56,579 nucleotides of DNA, taken from NCBI GenBank assembly GCA_041648455.1, contig JBAZOZ010000003.1:1-56579 (forward strand), written 5' to 3'. Of the stretch, positions 33,870-44,232 are shown one piece after another. The position numbers and the translations under genes are program-made. Below the pieces are notes generated by a model. The model was not told where the DNA came from, made no database searches, and was given only the letters and a program-made list of their open reading frames with translations. Within the stretch, counting starts at the first letter, position 1. Each line of letters starts with the position of its first letter. Source of the stretch: Candidatus Pacearchaeota archaeon. GTDB lineage: Archaea; Nanobdellota; Nanobdellia; Pacearchaeales; GW2011-AR1.

Positions 33870-35189
33870 TTATTTTAAATTTTCATAAGCAGATTTTATT
33901 CTCTTCCTTCCTTTTTTATAAGATTCTTTTGAAATATGCTTTTCAGAATATGCTTTTTTCAACACACCCATTCGTACTTTTAATTTTTGTTTAAGTTGTT
34001 CTGTCTCAAATAAATTCTCTTTTTCCCAAGACCTCAGTCTTCTCTCTATATCCTCTTTCTTCCCTTTTTTCTTTAATTCTCTAACCTCCCTATCTTGATT
34101 TTTTCTCTTACTCTGAAAATTCCTAATAAGTTCTCTCTTAATCTTATCCAAATCTTCCATCTCTTTTTTTCTCTTAGAATTATCTTTCAGATTTTTTATG
34201 TTTAATCTAGATTTTTGAATAGCTACTAGATTTCCCTTCAATTCTTTATTCTGCTGTCTTCTAAAATGAACTAGTAAGTCATCCCTTGTCTTAATAAAAT
34301 AAAAAAACAAGATCAAGATTCCAACCAAAAAAAATAATATAACTATCACAAAGAAATTAAAATTATTCGACACAGAAAACTCACCTTTTTTCTCAGATAC
34401 AGAAAATAAATGCCCTGCCGAGGTTTTTGTCCCATTAGAATCTAAATAAGTAATAAAAATATAATTTCCATTAGGAATATCTTTTGGAATATCGATTATT
34501 TTGTTTACTTCTATATTTCCCTTTATAACTAAATTTTCCTCCTCAGATAAAATTATTTCATCGTTTAAACTTTTAATTATATAACTAACATGTGTATTAT
34601 GTAAATCGTTGTTTTCCACATTGTAAATCTTAACTTTCACCCCTAATTTTCCTCCGGGATAAACATCCTCATAATTTTGAATCGTTTCTGTAATAATTGC
34701 AAACTGGCTGTTTTTATCCTCGACACTTAAAATAATTGGAATTCTTTTTTCAGATTTAAGGGAATTTATAACGAGCTGCCCAGAATATATTTTTGCCTCA
34801 CTCTTAGTATCTTTAAAAGAGATTTTAATTTCTTTTGATTCTCCCTCCACTAATTTAAAACTTTCTTCTTCTAGAAAAGCAACATTTTGGAAATTAACAA
34901 GATGGACCTTAAATGTCTGTTCTTCATTTAAATTAGTTATTTTTACAGTAGTCTCTGATGAACCGCCAAAAGAAACACTTAATTTCAAAAGAATTGTATT
35001 AGTATTTATTACAAAATCTTCTTTTTTAAAATTATTCTTCAATACAAAAAATGCAATCAGAATCAAAAAAATAATCCCAATTATCCAAAATTTCTTTTGC
35101 TTCAGAAATTCCAAATTTTTAATCATCTTGAACTCTTCCTGAGTTTGAGAAGTAAAAAATTTCCTATTTTTTTCATCCTCTTTTATCAT
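33870..35189 (-). CDS. Membrane protein with extracellular beta-rich domain and basic coiled-coil tail
   Basis: Two TM segments. The N-terminal EDEKNRKFFTSQTQEEFK is a degenerate PE-encoded peptide. Confidence 0.5.
   Translation of the reverse strand: MIKEDEKNRKFFTSQTQEEFKMIKNLEFLKQKKFWIIGIIFLILIAFFVLKNNFKKEDFVINTNTILLKLSVSFGGSSETTVKITNLNEEQTFKVHLVNFQNVAFLEEESFKLVEGESKEIKISFKDTKSEAKIYSGQLVINSLKSEKRIPIILSVEDKNSQFAIITETIQNYEDVYPGGKLGVKVKIYNVENNDLHNTHVSYIIKSLNDEIILSEEENLVIKGNIEVNKIIDIPKDIPNGNYIFITYLDSNGTKTSAGHLFSVSEKKGEFSVSNNFNFFVIVILFFLVGILILFFYFIKTRDDLLVHFRRQQNKELKGNLVAIQKSRLNIKNLKDNSKRKKEMEDLDKIKRELIRNFQSKRKNQDREVRELKKKGKKEDIERRLRSWEKENLFETEQLKQKLKVRMGVLKKAYSEKHISKESYKKGRKRIKSAYENLK
35127..35180 (-). 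repeat. PE palindromic element, degenerate in-frame copy (PE-h)
   Basis: CTGAGTTTGAGAAGTAAAAAATTTCCTATTTTTTTCATC aligns with the PE core, with a deletion. Confidence 0.5.
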
Positions 35190-35249
35190 CTAACAATATT
35201 AAATTATTTAAATGTTTACACCTCGCAAAGTTTAATTTCAGTTATTATC

Positions 35250-35594
35250 TCATTTATTAAATCCTTTAGAGCCAAAATTGATTAATATCTTTTTAATCTC
35301 ATTAATAGTCTGTTGCTGATCTTTTTTGTCAGACATTCTCACAAACCTTATTAATAAATCGACTAACCTAGATTCGTCCATTATTTTTAATTTATATCCG
35401 TCTGTAATAAAATAAAATCTAAAATTTTTATATCTCAATTCTTTAATTATAATTCCCCCGACATGCCCCAAAGACTTGCCCTTATGAGGATTCTCTTCTA
35501 ACGTTTCTAACAAATCAATAATCTTATGCGCTTCTCCTCTGAATTTTTTCTGGATTTCTTCAAATAAAGATAGAACTATTTCGACCTTGGCCAT
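35250..35594 (-). CDS. RelE/ParE-superfamily-like toxin
   Basis: LETLEENPHKGKSLG...KELRYKNFRFYFI pattern. Overlaps the upstream small gene by 19 nt. Confidence 0.45.
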   Translation of the reverse strand: MAKVEIVLSLFEEIQKKFRGEAHKIIDLLETLEENPHKGKSLGHVGGIIIKELRYKNFRFYFITDGYKLKIMDESRLVDLLIRFVRMSDKKDQQQTINEIKKILINFGSKGFNK

Positions 35595-35788
35595 TTTTCA
35601 TCCAACTCTTTTCTTGCTTCTTCGATTGAAATGTATCCTTCATCAGACATTAAGAAATCTCTCAATTGCTCTTTAACAGCTAAAGAACAAATCCTCCCAA
35701 TAATTTTATCATAACTTTCTCCTTTTATTCCGAATGAGGAAATCTTATCTCTGGTCTCCTTACTTAATTGAATTGTTGTTGTATCCAT
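35576..35788 (-). CDS. Putative antitoxin (small DNA-binding protein)
   Basis: 70-aa ORF immediately upstream of, and overlapping, the RelE-like gene. Confidence 0.4.
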   Translation of the reverse strand: MDTTTIQLSKETRDKISSFGIKGESYDKIIGRICSLAVKEQLRDFLMSDEGYISIEEARKELDEKWPRSK

Positions 35789-35857
35789 ATTAATCTATAG
35801 TAACTATAGATGTTATAGCTTATAAATTTTTCTACTTATTTTAAATACCAAAAAATA

Positions 35858-38800
35858 TTATTTCCCTCTAACACTTTTAATCATGATTTTATTTCTTCTT
35901 ATTGCCAGCCCGATGGTAATCGATATAATCAACAAGGCAAGAACTAAAATTGTCAGCATTTTATCTCTACCTTTGATTCCTTCCTCTTTTATTTTAAATT
36001 GCGAGCTTGCAACTGCAACACCGTCGGAATAAATCAATTCTGCCCCAAAGACATAATCTCCTGGAGAAAGTTTTGAGGTGTCTAACTCTTTCACATAAGA
36101 TTTTTGATCGGTAACAGAGAAAGTTTCTGATTCTGTAAAGACTGTCTGGCCATTGAAATTTTTAATTAAATAATTTATAGTTACATCTATCTTTTCCTTC
36201 ACTCCCATTTGTAAAAGATCTATTTGCGCTTTTATATTCTGGCCACTAGATAATATTTTCAATTCTTTTGGAATAGCTAAAGAAACATCAAATAAACTCT
36301 TTTCGGTTTTTACATTTATATTAACTAATATTTCTGCTGAACTAGCTCCCGAAGTTACAATTATCCTTCCAGTATAAATTCCAGTATCTGCTGGAGCAAT
36401 AATTCTGAACTTCAAATCCTTGCTATCGCCGGCAGAAATTTTAAAAGATGATTGCTCGACGGAAATTATATTATTTATATCTTCTACCTCAATTGTGAAA
36501 GTTTTTTCCTCAAATGCATTATTAGTAACTGTTATTGAATCCGATTCTATCTTTCCCAAGGCTATTGTCTTTTGATAAGAAGAAGAACTTACATCAAATT
36601 GGGGTTTAATTATTACTGGAGCTGCAGTTCCTCCACCGCCTCCGCCACCGCCAGTACCTCCACCAGTTCCTCCACCGCCTCCAGCATTAACAACATAATT
36701 TCTCGTAGCAGATGAATTATAATTGTGTAAAGTTCCATTTCCGTAAGAATTCCAAAAATAAGAATAAGTTCCTGAAGAAGCCACGCTTAAACTCACGTTA
36801 TAAACGTTAGTGGTAAGATTTGTTGCAGTATAATTTATTCCATTAAATGTTAAGATTGCTGTTCCATTGGTTGAATTTATTGAAGCATTAAACCACGCGG
36901 TTCCGCTGTCTGTCAAACTACCGCTGTTGTCCAAGAAATTAGAGAAAGTTGGATACACTGTATCAACAATAAACCTCACACTTGAACTATTTAAATTATT
37001 CACACTATCGTTTGCATAAATTGTAACATTGTTTGCTCCTTCAAACCAACTCATTCCGGTTAGATTAATTGCACAGCTAATAGTGTGATTATTTATTCCA
37101 GAATTATTTGTCCAATAACATGCTTGTGCATCTCCACTCACTGAATAATTTACATCGATGTTTATGTTTGATGTGTTCGAATTATTTGTAGGATAAGATA
37201 TTGAAATATTTGGTGGAATAATATCTGGCGATTCGCTAACATTCAACCAATAAGTTTCACTTGATTGAGTATAATTCTGCGACGCTGAATAAATAATTGT
37301 TATGTTAAAATTAAATATTTGATTAAATGTTGAAACATTGCTTACTTCTCTTGTCTTTTGGTTAATCTGAGTTCTATTTCTAAATAATTGCAATAAATTT
37401 CCGGCATCCCCTGTTATCAAAGTTCCATTCAACAAAGCAGTTGCTCCGTTTGTTAAAGTTATATTTCCTTCTGTTGAATTCAAAGAAAGATTAACTTCAC
37501 TTAAAGTTTTATTCACTTCAATATTCCAATAAGTATTATTCTTGGAATAATTTTGATTTTCCGTCGCTGTTACATTTACAAACCAGACATTGCTTCCCAA
37601 GGTATAATTATATCCTGAAGCAAAAGTTGTTCCATTAACATTAATCGTCGCTGTCGTGGAATTTCCAGACACAGTTACATTCGCTGGTTGAGGATATATC
37701 CTAGATAAATTCCCAGCTACGCCGTTTAACAAAGTTGTTATTGTCTGAGTTGATTGATTTATTTCAACATACCAATGAGTTTCATTTGAAGAATAATTTT
37801 GAGTTTCAACAGCAGACACATTAACATTCCAAACACCAGCGCCAATAGTATAATTTAATCCATTTGTCAATGAAGTCCCGTTTAATTTTATCGTCGTAGC
37901 TGTTTCATTCTGGCTTACTGAAACATTTATTTGCTGAGGATAAATAACAGATAAATTAGCATTAACCCCGTTAAGTAAAGTATAAGTATGCTGATTAAAT
38001 TTATTAACAACCAAGGTTGAATTATCATCGTCATAAGAATAATTTTGGTTTTCTAATTTCTGGCAGGAATAAATATAGGTCCCTCCTCCCAATAATTTTG
38101 TCAATCCATTTTCAGTAGCATTTACATTCACATTATCTCTTAATAAAAAGTTTCCATTGCAAGTTACATTAATGTTAGTTCTATAAATTATTGGAGAAGT
38201 TTCATTTATTGTCAGCGTTGCTGTTTGCGTCGCTATACTTACATTATAACTATAACTATTTGAAATATTATAATTATGCGAAGTTCCATTTCCATAAGCC
38301 CAGAAATAATATGTATAATTATTTACTCCTAAATTCTGAAAAGTAACATTAAATCTATCCTTAGTTAAATTGCTCGCAGAATAATTCACTCTGTTAAACT
38401 CTATCCCAGCTGTTGCATTTGTCGACGATATTGTAATATTAAATGTATAATTCTGCCCTTGCTGGTATGTTGCTGGTTCTGCTGGACGAGATGTTGATGA
38501 AGAAAATAAAGGATATTCATAATCAAGCGTAACATTAACAAACATCAACGATGAATTCATATTTCCCACCGAATCATTAACCGAAATATTCAACAAATAA
38601 AAATTAACCGCTAACGCCGTTGCATTTTCCAAGAAACCAGAATTATTTATTTTAAAGTTAATCGTGTCATTTACCTTATATGCCTGCACTCCTACGCCAG
38701 AATCAGTTGCATTAATATCAGAACCAACAGCATTTCCTACCACTATCGTGATATTCGGTGGAAGTTGAATAAATGTTGGTGCAATTGTATCAACAACGAA

Positions 38801-41800
38801 TTTTACCGAAGATGAATTTAAATTATTCACCGAATCATTTACATAAATCGTGATATTATTTATTCCTTCAAACCAAGTTTGTCCTGTAATATTTGTTCCG
38901 CATGTAATTGTTTTATTATTTATTCCAGACGAATTAGTCCACCAACAGGTTTGAGCATCAGTACTTACTGTATAATTCACATCCAGATTTATATTCGACG
39001 AATTAGAATTATTCACCGGAGTTACAATTGCAATTGCAGGTTGAATACTATCAACATAAAATCTAACATTTGCCGTGTTATTATTTCCTGCTGTATCATT
39101 TATATAAATTGTAATATTATTAATTCCTTCATACCAGCTCTGTCCCGTAATATTTGTTGCACAATCATTTATAGTATGATTGCTTATTCCAGTATTATTT
39201 GTCCACCAGCAAGAACTTAAACCACTTGCATCACTCGCTGAATAATTTACATCTTGATTTATATTTGAAGTATTTGAATTATTAACTGGAATTATTATTG
39301 ATATTGTTGGTGGCGTTGTATCTCCTCCTCCACCCCCAAGAGTATAACTATCCAAGGTCACATTACCAATCATAAATGGACTATAAAACTTATTTGTTCC
39401 TGCTGAATACAAAAAACTCACACTAACATTATTCGGGTCTCCTGTAAAATTATATTGATTTATAATTTTCGTTCCTGAGAAATTAATTGGTTTTGCACCA
39501 TTAATACTAACAGAAATATTACTTCCCAATAATTGCTGGTAATTTGTCAAAGTTATATTCACAGTATTCTCTGTTCCAGCAGAAGAAAGATTAACACCGA
39601 AGGTTTGATTACCATAATTTGAAAATCTTGCACTTTGGTTGTTATAAATATCTAAAATTTGTGAAGTATTTAAGGTGGTATTAAACATCATCACTTCATC
39701 CAACAACCCAGAATAAAGGTTATTCCATTTCTCACTATATCCCAGCATTAACTTGGAACCAGAACCATTATAAAGTGGACTTGCAAAAGTTGCAGAACCA
39801 TTTTTTTCTCCATTTAAATAAATAACTCCTGTTGTGCTGTTATATGTAGCAGTAATATGATACCAAACATTTGTTGACATGGTTGAGGAGCCCGTGACTG
39901 TAGTATATGCAGAGCCATCAGAACTTAATAAAAATAGAGGATTAGTAGCATAACCTACCCAAAATTGAACGCCTCCGCTATCTTTATTAAAAAAAGGAAC
40001 CCATCCAGCTAAATCTCTTGCCTTGACCCAGCCCATTATAGTAAAGTTTTTATTATAAATATTTACTACATCTGATGTTCCAGCATCAATTTGACTTGTG
40101 GCTGCCCCATTAAATCCGTATGCTTGTCCATAAATTCCACCTGTGGTGGTATTTGCCGTCGCTCCAATAACCCCATTATTTCCTTTCTCAGATAAATCAA
40201 AAGCAGTTGATGCCGATACATTATCCGCATCGGCATTCCAATACCCAATTAATTTATTATAAGGAGCAAGTGTTGTAATATTCAAATGAGCGAACCCTGT
40301 TTCTTGAGTGACATTTACATCTACTGAATTATAAGAAGTATCACCGACGATGATTATTGGGTCCACAATATAATCAAACTCAATCCCATTCAAAGAATTA
40401 ATCTTCAAATCAAATTCATCCTCACTATTATCGCCAAGCCCAGTTAAATAAGTTTTATAATATCCTTCTGAAGAAATATTTTCAATTCTTGCAATGCTTT
40501 CATTCCAATTTAATAAATAAACATCAATGTTTCCGGTTTCATTATTCAATGTTTTCGCATAAACCGTAATATCATTATCTTTTGTAAGATTTTGTTCAAA
40601 AGTAACACGAACATAATGAGAATCATTTATCACAGGGCTCCAATTTCCGTCTTGAGCTTTAACAGAATCAGAAATATCCTCAATAAATGTCCTGTTTTCA
40701 TCCAAATGCTCTGCTTTAGAAATTTCAATAATTAATAAATAACTTTGATTACTCAAATGTGGAACATTCCATTCAATATAATCAATTAAAGAATTATTAT
40801 TCAAATCATAATTATTTGTTGAAATTAAAATCTTGCTTCCATTATCCCAATGATAAAGTTTAATCGATGAAGCAGAAATTTCATAAGGCAGTTCACTAAA
40901 TGCAATAATATTTGTATAACCTAATTCATCCGGACCGGAAATAATTATTCTTTTTCCTCCAGAAATATTTTCCTCAACAGAAACTGGTGCGGGAGTCTCA
41001 TATTCAATCTCAAACTCCGTCGCATTTTCATTAATAACAACTTCTTTTGTATTCTGTTTTACATTTTGTTCTACAAATAAATCAGAAATAACATTTCCTA
41101 TAATTGACAAAACATTTTGAACTTCTCCCGTATTAGAAATAACTTCTGCTCTCATAGTATCATTAGTTATAGAATTAATAACTCTAACAGATCCTGCAGA
41201 TTCAGGAATAGAAATATTCACCAAACCCTCTTGATTAAGAACAATTCTTTTTATCCATTTCACCGGTTTTCCGACAACTGCCTTATGCTGAATTGTTTCA
41301 ACTGTTCCATTCAAAATCTCTGTCTCATTTAAAATGCTCGCGTTCTGAATTTTAACTTTATTACTATCTTCAGCTAAAGTAACATTTTCATAAATAAAAC
41401 TAACAATCAAATCACCTTCTTCAACAGGAATATTCAACTTAGTAAAATCAATAATAATTTTTCTTTCACTCTGATTTGTATAACCTGTCGTGACAATCGC
41501 AGTATTATCTTTAATCTCTAATTTAACATCCCCTTCATTTCCTGTGTTCACACTTCCTTCTTTTATCGAAGCTGTTTGTCCTTCCCGCAAGATGTAATTA
41601 AAAGGATTATTCAATGAAACACTTCCGCTAACTTCATCCTTTAATTCCATTGAAACTCTTCCAGTCATTGATAAAAATACATTTGAAAAAAATCCGAAAA
41701 TGTTTTTTACAATTGCTCCAGTTATAGAACTCGATTCTCCAGAACTAGCGATTGATTCACTAGAACCAGAATCCGAACTTGAAGATTCTCCCGAAGATGG

Positions 41801-42715
41801 GGAACTTGAACTCTTCGACGACGAAGTTTCAGTTGATGGTGTTTCACTAGTTTCTCCTGTTATCGCTGAAGTTGCGGTTGTTTCTTCGGGATGGGTGGTT
41901 GAGGTGTCGGATGGCGGGATTGTTGGCTCTTCTGTTAAGATTTCTTCCGTCGGTGTTTCAGTTGTTTCAGGGGTTTCCGTTGGAACATCGCTTGGTTGTT
42001 CTTGAGGAGTTTCTGTTTCGTTTGTTTCAGAAGCTGTTTCATTAGTTTCTCCTATAATTTCTTCCGCAGTTTTATTTTCATCTTTTGTTTTATCCTTGTC
42101 TTCTATAGAAGTTTTGTTTGATTCTATATCTTCAACTTTTTTATCATAAATATTTAAAATAAAAGAAATAGGAATTAACACGAAGCCGTAACCTTCTCCA
42201 CTTCCAGAAATATCTTTTCCAGTTACATAATAATTACCAGAACTAACTTTTTCGTTAATCAATTCTCTTAAAAAATATTCATAAGAATTATTGTTTAAAT
42301 TAATCAAAACTTTTGTATTAGAAGGAATAAATTCATCTTTTTCCAAAACAACTTTCATGTTTCCTTCTAATCTTTCATTACTAGAATAAATATCTTTAAT
42401 ATTTAACGACACTTTTCCAGTTAAATTAAAATTAACAAAAAACAAACTAGTAATAAGAAGAAAACCAATTATCCCAAAGATAAAAAATAATTTTAAAGTC
42501 TTATTTAAATTAAACTCATGAAGTTTGTGAGAAAGAAAATTTTTCCCAGTATTGGTTTTAGTTACAGCACCAATTTTCTTCGAATTAGAAATATATCTCG
42601 TCCTAGTTCGCCCTTTTTTATCTCTATAACTTTCGTAATAATAAGGACCAAAAACCTTGGTTCTGCCAGCTACCCTCTTTTTAACATACCTCTTATAAAC
42701 CATCAATAAAAACAC
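35858..42715 (-). CDS. Giant (2285 aa) surface protein: N-terminal anchor, T/S/E/P-rich linker, LamG-like domain, repeated Ig-like modules, C-terminal TM
   Basis: TM helices near both ends. LamG-like block YWNADADN...WYHITATY...LDEVMMFN (about nt 39640-40250). Very many N-x-S/T sequons. GGGGTGGGTGGGGGGGGT run. Confidence 0.8.
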   Translation of the reverse strand: MFLLMVYKRYVKKRVAGRTKVFGPYYYESYRDKKGRTRTRYISNSKKIGAVTKTNTGKNFLSHKLHEFNLNKTLKLFFIFGIIGFLLITSLFFVNFNLTGKVSLNIKDIYSSNERLEGNMKVVLEKDEFIPSNTKVLINLNNNSYEYFLRELINEKVSSGNYYVTGKDISGSGEGYGFVLIPISFILNIYDKKVEDIESNKTSIEDKDKTKDENKTAEEIIGETNETASETNETETPQEQPSDVPTETPETTETPTEEILTEEPTIPPSDTSTTHPEETTATSAITGETSETPSTETSSSKSSSSPSSGESSSSDSGSSESIASSGESSSITGAIVKNIFGFFSNVFLSMTGRVSMELKDEVSGSVSLNNPFNYILREGQTASIKEGSVNTGNEGDVKLEIKDNTAIVTTGYTNQSERKIIIDFTKLNIPVEEGDLIVSFIYENVTLAEDSNKVKIQNASILNETEILNGTVETIQHKAVVGKPVKWIKRIVLNQEGLVNISIPESAGSVRVINSITNDTMRAEVISNTGEVQNVLSIIGNVISDLFVEQNVKQNTKEVVINENATEFEIEYETPAPVSVEENISGGKRIIISGPDELGYTNIIAFSELPYEISASSIKLYHWDNGSKILISTNNYDLNNNSLIDYIEWNVPHLSNQSYLLIIEISKAEHLDENRTFIEDISDSVKAQDGNWSPVINDSHYVRVTFEQNLTKDNDITVYAKTLNNETGNIDVYLLNWNESIARIENISSEGYYKTYLTGLGDNSEDEFDLKINSLNGIEFDYIVDPIIIVGDTSYNSVDVNVTQETGFAHLNITTLAPYNKLIGYWNADADNVSASTAFDLSEKGNNGVIGATANTTTGGIYGQAYGFNGAATSQIDAGTSDVVNIYNKNFTIMGWVKARDLAGWVPFFNKDSGGVQFWVGYATNPLFLLSSDGSAYTTVTGSSTMSTNVWYHITATYNSTTGVIYLNGEKNGSATFASPLYNGSGSKLMLGYSEKWNNLYSGLLDEVMMFNTTLNTSQILDIYNNQSARFSNYGNQTFGVNLSSAGTENTVNITLTNYQQLLGSNISVSINGAKPINFSGTKIINQYNFTGDPNNVSVSFLYSAGTNKFYSPFMIGNVTLDSYTLGGGGGDTTPPTISIIIPVNNSNTSNINQDVNYSASDASGLSSCWWTNNTGISNHTINDCATNITGQSWYEGINNITIYINDTAGNNNTANVRFYVDSIQPAIAIVTPVNNSNSSNINLDVNYTVSTDAQTCWWTNSSGINNKTITCGTNITGQTWFEGINNITIYVNDSVNNLNSSSVKFVVDTIAPTFIQLPPNITIVVGNAVGSDINATDSGVGVQAYKVNDTINFKINNSGFLENATALAVNFYLLNISVNDSVGNMNSSLMFVNVTLDYEYPLFSSSTSRPAEPATYQQGQNYTFNITISSTNATAGIEFNRVNYSASNLTKDRFNVTFQNLGVNNYTYYFWAYGNGTSHNYNISNSYSYNVSIATQTATLTINETSPIIYRTNINVTCNGNFLLRDNVNVNATENGLTKLLGGGTYIYSCQKLENQNYSYDDDNSTLVVNKFNQHTYTLLNGVNANLSVIYPQQINVSVSQNETATTIKLNGTSLTNGLNYTIGAGVWNVNVSAVETQNYSSNETHWYVEINQSTQTITTLLNGVAGNLSRIYPQPANVTVSGNSTTATINVNGTTFASGYNYTLGSNVWFVNVTATENQNYSKNNTYWNIEVNKTLSEVNLSLNSTEGNITLTNGATALLNGTLITGDAGNLLQLFRNRTQINQKTREVSNVSTFNQIFNFNITIIYSASQNYTQSSETYWLNVSESPDIIPPNISISYPTNNSNTSNINIDVNYSVSGDAQACYWTNNSGINNHTISCAINLTGMSWFEGANNVTIYANDSVNNLNSSSVRFIVDTVYPTFSNFLDNSGSLTDSGTAWFNASINSTNGTAILTFNGINYTATNLTTNVYNVSLSVASSGTYSYFWNSYGNGTLHNYNSSATRNYVVNAGGGGGTGGGTGGGGGGGGTAAPVIIKPQFDVSSSSYQKTIALGKIESDSITVTNNAFEEKTFTIEVEDINNIISVEQSSFKISAGDSKDLKFRIIAPADTGIYTGRIIVTSGASSAEILVNINVKTEKSLFDVSLAIPKELKILSSGQNIKAQIDLLQMGVKEKIDVTINYLIKNFNGQTVFTESETFSVTDQKSYVKELDTSKLSPGDYVFGAELIYSDGVAVASSQFKIKEEGIKGRDKMLTILVLALLIISITIGLAIRRNKIMIKSVRGK
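36945..37232 (-). repeat. Third copy of the ~90-aa repeat module
   Basis: IIPPNISISYPTNNSNTSNINIDVNYS...CYWTNNSG...VTIYANDSVNN...FIVDTVYPTF. Confidence 0.8.
38775..39320 (-). repeat. Two tandem ~90-aa repeat modules inside the giant gene
   Basis: PPTISIIIPVNNSNTSNINQDVNYS...CWWTNNTG...ITIYINDTAGN...FYVDS, then IQPAIAIVTPVNNSNSSNINLDVNYT...CWWTNSSG...ITIYVNDSVNN...FVVDT. Confidence 0.8.
42515..42556 (-). repeat. PE palindromic element, partial in-frame copy (PE-i)
   Basis: GAAGTTTGTGAGAAAGAAAATTTTT on the + strand encodes TGKNFLSHKLHE between the basic N-terminus and the first TM helix. Confidence 0.5.
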
Positions 42716-42769
42716 GTGCTGTAACTATTTAAACGTTATTCTCATGTAGAAAGATGATTTACAGCACAA

Positions 42770-42934
42770 TCAATTATTTTTCTTTTTAGAAATCCATCGA
42801 ACTTTCCTTCGGCTCATCTTCATATTTTTTCTGCATTTTGATGAACAAAGAAATTTCACATTTCCGTCGTTCATAACAAGAGAAAGTCCTTTATGAAAAT
42901 CGTAGTCTTTCCCGCAATAAGAACATTTAGGCAT
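42770..42934 (-). CDS. rpl24e: Ribosomal protein L24e
   Basis: MPKCSYCGKDYDFHKGLSLVMNDGNVKFLCSSKCRKNMKMSRRKVRWISKKKNN. Below the ORF-track cutoff. Confidence 0.8.
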   Translation of the reverse strand: MPKCSYCGKDYDFHKGLSLVMNDGNVKFLCSSKCRKNMKMSRRKVRWISKKKNN

Positions 42935-42935
42935 T

Positions 42936-43268
42936 TTATTTATCTCCCTTCTTTTCTATATAAAGATTATATCTTAAACCTGTAGGAGCACTTCTTGGTT
43001 TTACATACACTTCATAGTTCGTCCCTAAAATTTGTTTTATTCCTTCTGTATTAAAATCACATCTAAATTCTCCAATTTCTCTATCATATGTTCCAGTTAA
43101 TTGTGATTTAATTCTTTTAATGGGAATTGTTATATCGCTTCCATTTAAGCCAAAAACATTAGACAATTCTTTTTTTGATGCGAGTAAAATAATTTCATTC
43201 AAACTTAAATCAACTTCTTCCAAATCTTTTTTAGTCACGATTTGTCTTGGTTTTTTAGAATACATCAT
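42936..43268 (-). CDS. Hypothetical protein inserted between rps28e and rpl24e
   Basis: The ATG at 43268 directly follows the S28e stop. The track start at 43319 would overlap S28e. Confidence 0.4.
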   Translation of the reverse strand: MMYSKKPRQIVTKKDLEEVDLSLNEIILLASKKELSNVFGLNGSDITIPIKRIKSQLTGTYDREIGEFRCDFNTEGIKQILGTNYEVYVKPRSAPTGLRYNLYIEKKGDK

Positions 43269-43269
43269 T

Positions 43270-43566
43270 TTAAGTATAAGCTCCCTTCGAGACTTTTGAT
43301 TTAATTCTTCGTGCTTCAATTTCTGTTTCTCTTAATATTAAAATATCACCGATTCTCACAGGTCCACGAACATTTCTTCTCATGCTTCTTCCTTGGTCTT
43401 TTCCCGCTTGAACCAAACATTTAACTTGAGTAATTTCCCCTCGGAAACCAGTTCTCCCAATTAATTCTTGAACAACCGCAGGCACAGCCACGCCTAAAAT
43501 TTTCTCACTCCCCCTACTTCCGCCTTGTTTTCTTTCTTGATTTTGTTGCTGTTGCGGTTGTTTCAT
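43270..43566 (-). CDS. rps28e: Ribosomal protein S28e (with Gln-rich N-terminal extension)
   Basis: [14 protein letters not shown]...[29 protein letters not shown] lies 10 nt upstream of the ATG at 43566. Confidence 0.8.
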   Translation of the reverse strand: MKQPQQQQNQERKQGGSRGSEKILGVAVPAVVQELIGRTGFRGEITQVKCLVQAGKDQGRSMRRNVRGPVRIGDILILRETEIEARRIKSKVSKGAYT

Positions 43567-43568
43567 TT

Positions 43569-43889
43569 TTATTGTTCCTCCCAACAAAATCCAGATATAT
43601 GATCATTATAATCAACAAATTTTTTACGAACAAATTTACCAATTTTTTTTTGTTTTTTTAATTCTAATTCCATTCTTTTTTCATGACTCCCACTAACACC
43701 TAACTCCCCAACAAAATAATAGCCCATCTTATCATTTAATTCAACTCTAAAAATTTGATTTTCATAATCACTTGAAGCTCTAAAATATCGAAGGTTAACA
43801 TCACCAAAGTGTTTATGAATAAATTTAACATCCCACTTTCTAAGAGGTTTCATCTCTGATTGAACGCTATCTTGTAAGTTTTTAGCCAT
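43569..43889 (-). CDS. Hypothetical protein inserted between rpl7ae and rps28e
   Basis: 106-aa ORF, no motif recognised. Confidence 0.4.
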   Translation of the reverse strand: MAKNLQDSVQSEMKPLRKWDVKFIHKHFGDVNLRYFRASSDYENQIFRVELNDKMGYYFVGELGVSGSHEKRMELELKKQKKIGKFVRKKFVDYNDHISGFCWEEQ

Positions 43890-43907
43890 TTTAAAAATTT
43901 CTCCAAA

Positions 43908-44210
43908 TTATTTCAATCCAGCAATATCTTTATCAGCGTCGCCAGCGACAACAATTGCAACTGAAGATGCTTTAACAGAAATACCGACGGCAAGTCCTAA
44001 TTTTTGTTTGCTGTCAACTTCAACACATTTAATTCCTTTTTCTTTACAAAGAAAAGGCAAGTGCTGAACAATTTCTTTCGGCTCGACGTCTGCAGCATAA
44101 ACTACAAGCTTCGCTTCTCCTCTCTCAATTGCTTTTGTAACTTCGTTTGTTCCTTTCTCAATCTTTCCGGACTTTCTCGCTTTCTCAACAATTTTGTAAA
44201 TGTCTGTCAT
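43908..44210 (-). CDS. rpl7ae: Ribosomal protein L7Ae (K-turn binding)
   Basis: [37 protein letters not shown]. Confidence 0.85.
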   Translation of the reverse strand: MTDIYKIVEKARKSGKIEKGTNEVTKAIERGEAKLVVYAADVEPKEIVQHLPFLCKEKGIKCVEVDSKQKLGLAVGISVKASSVAIVVAGDADKDIAGLK

Positions 44211-44232
44211 CTTAAAAATTTCCCGTTTTTAA

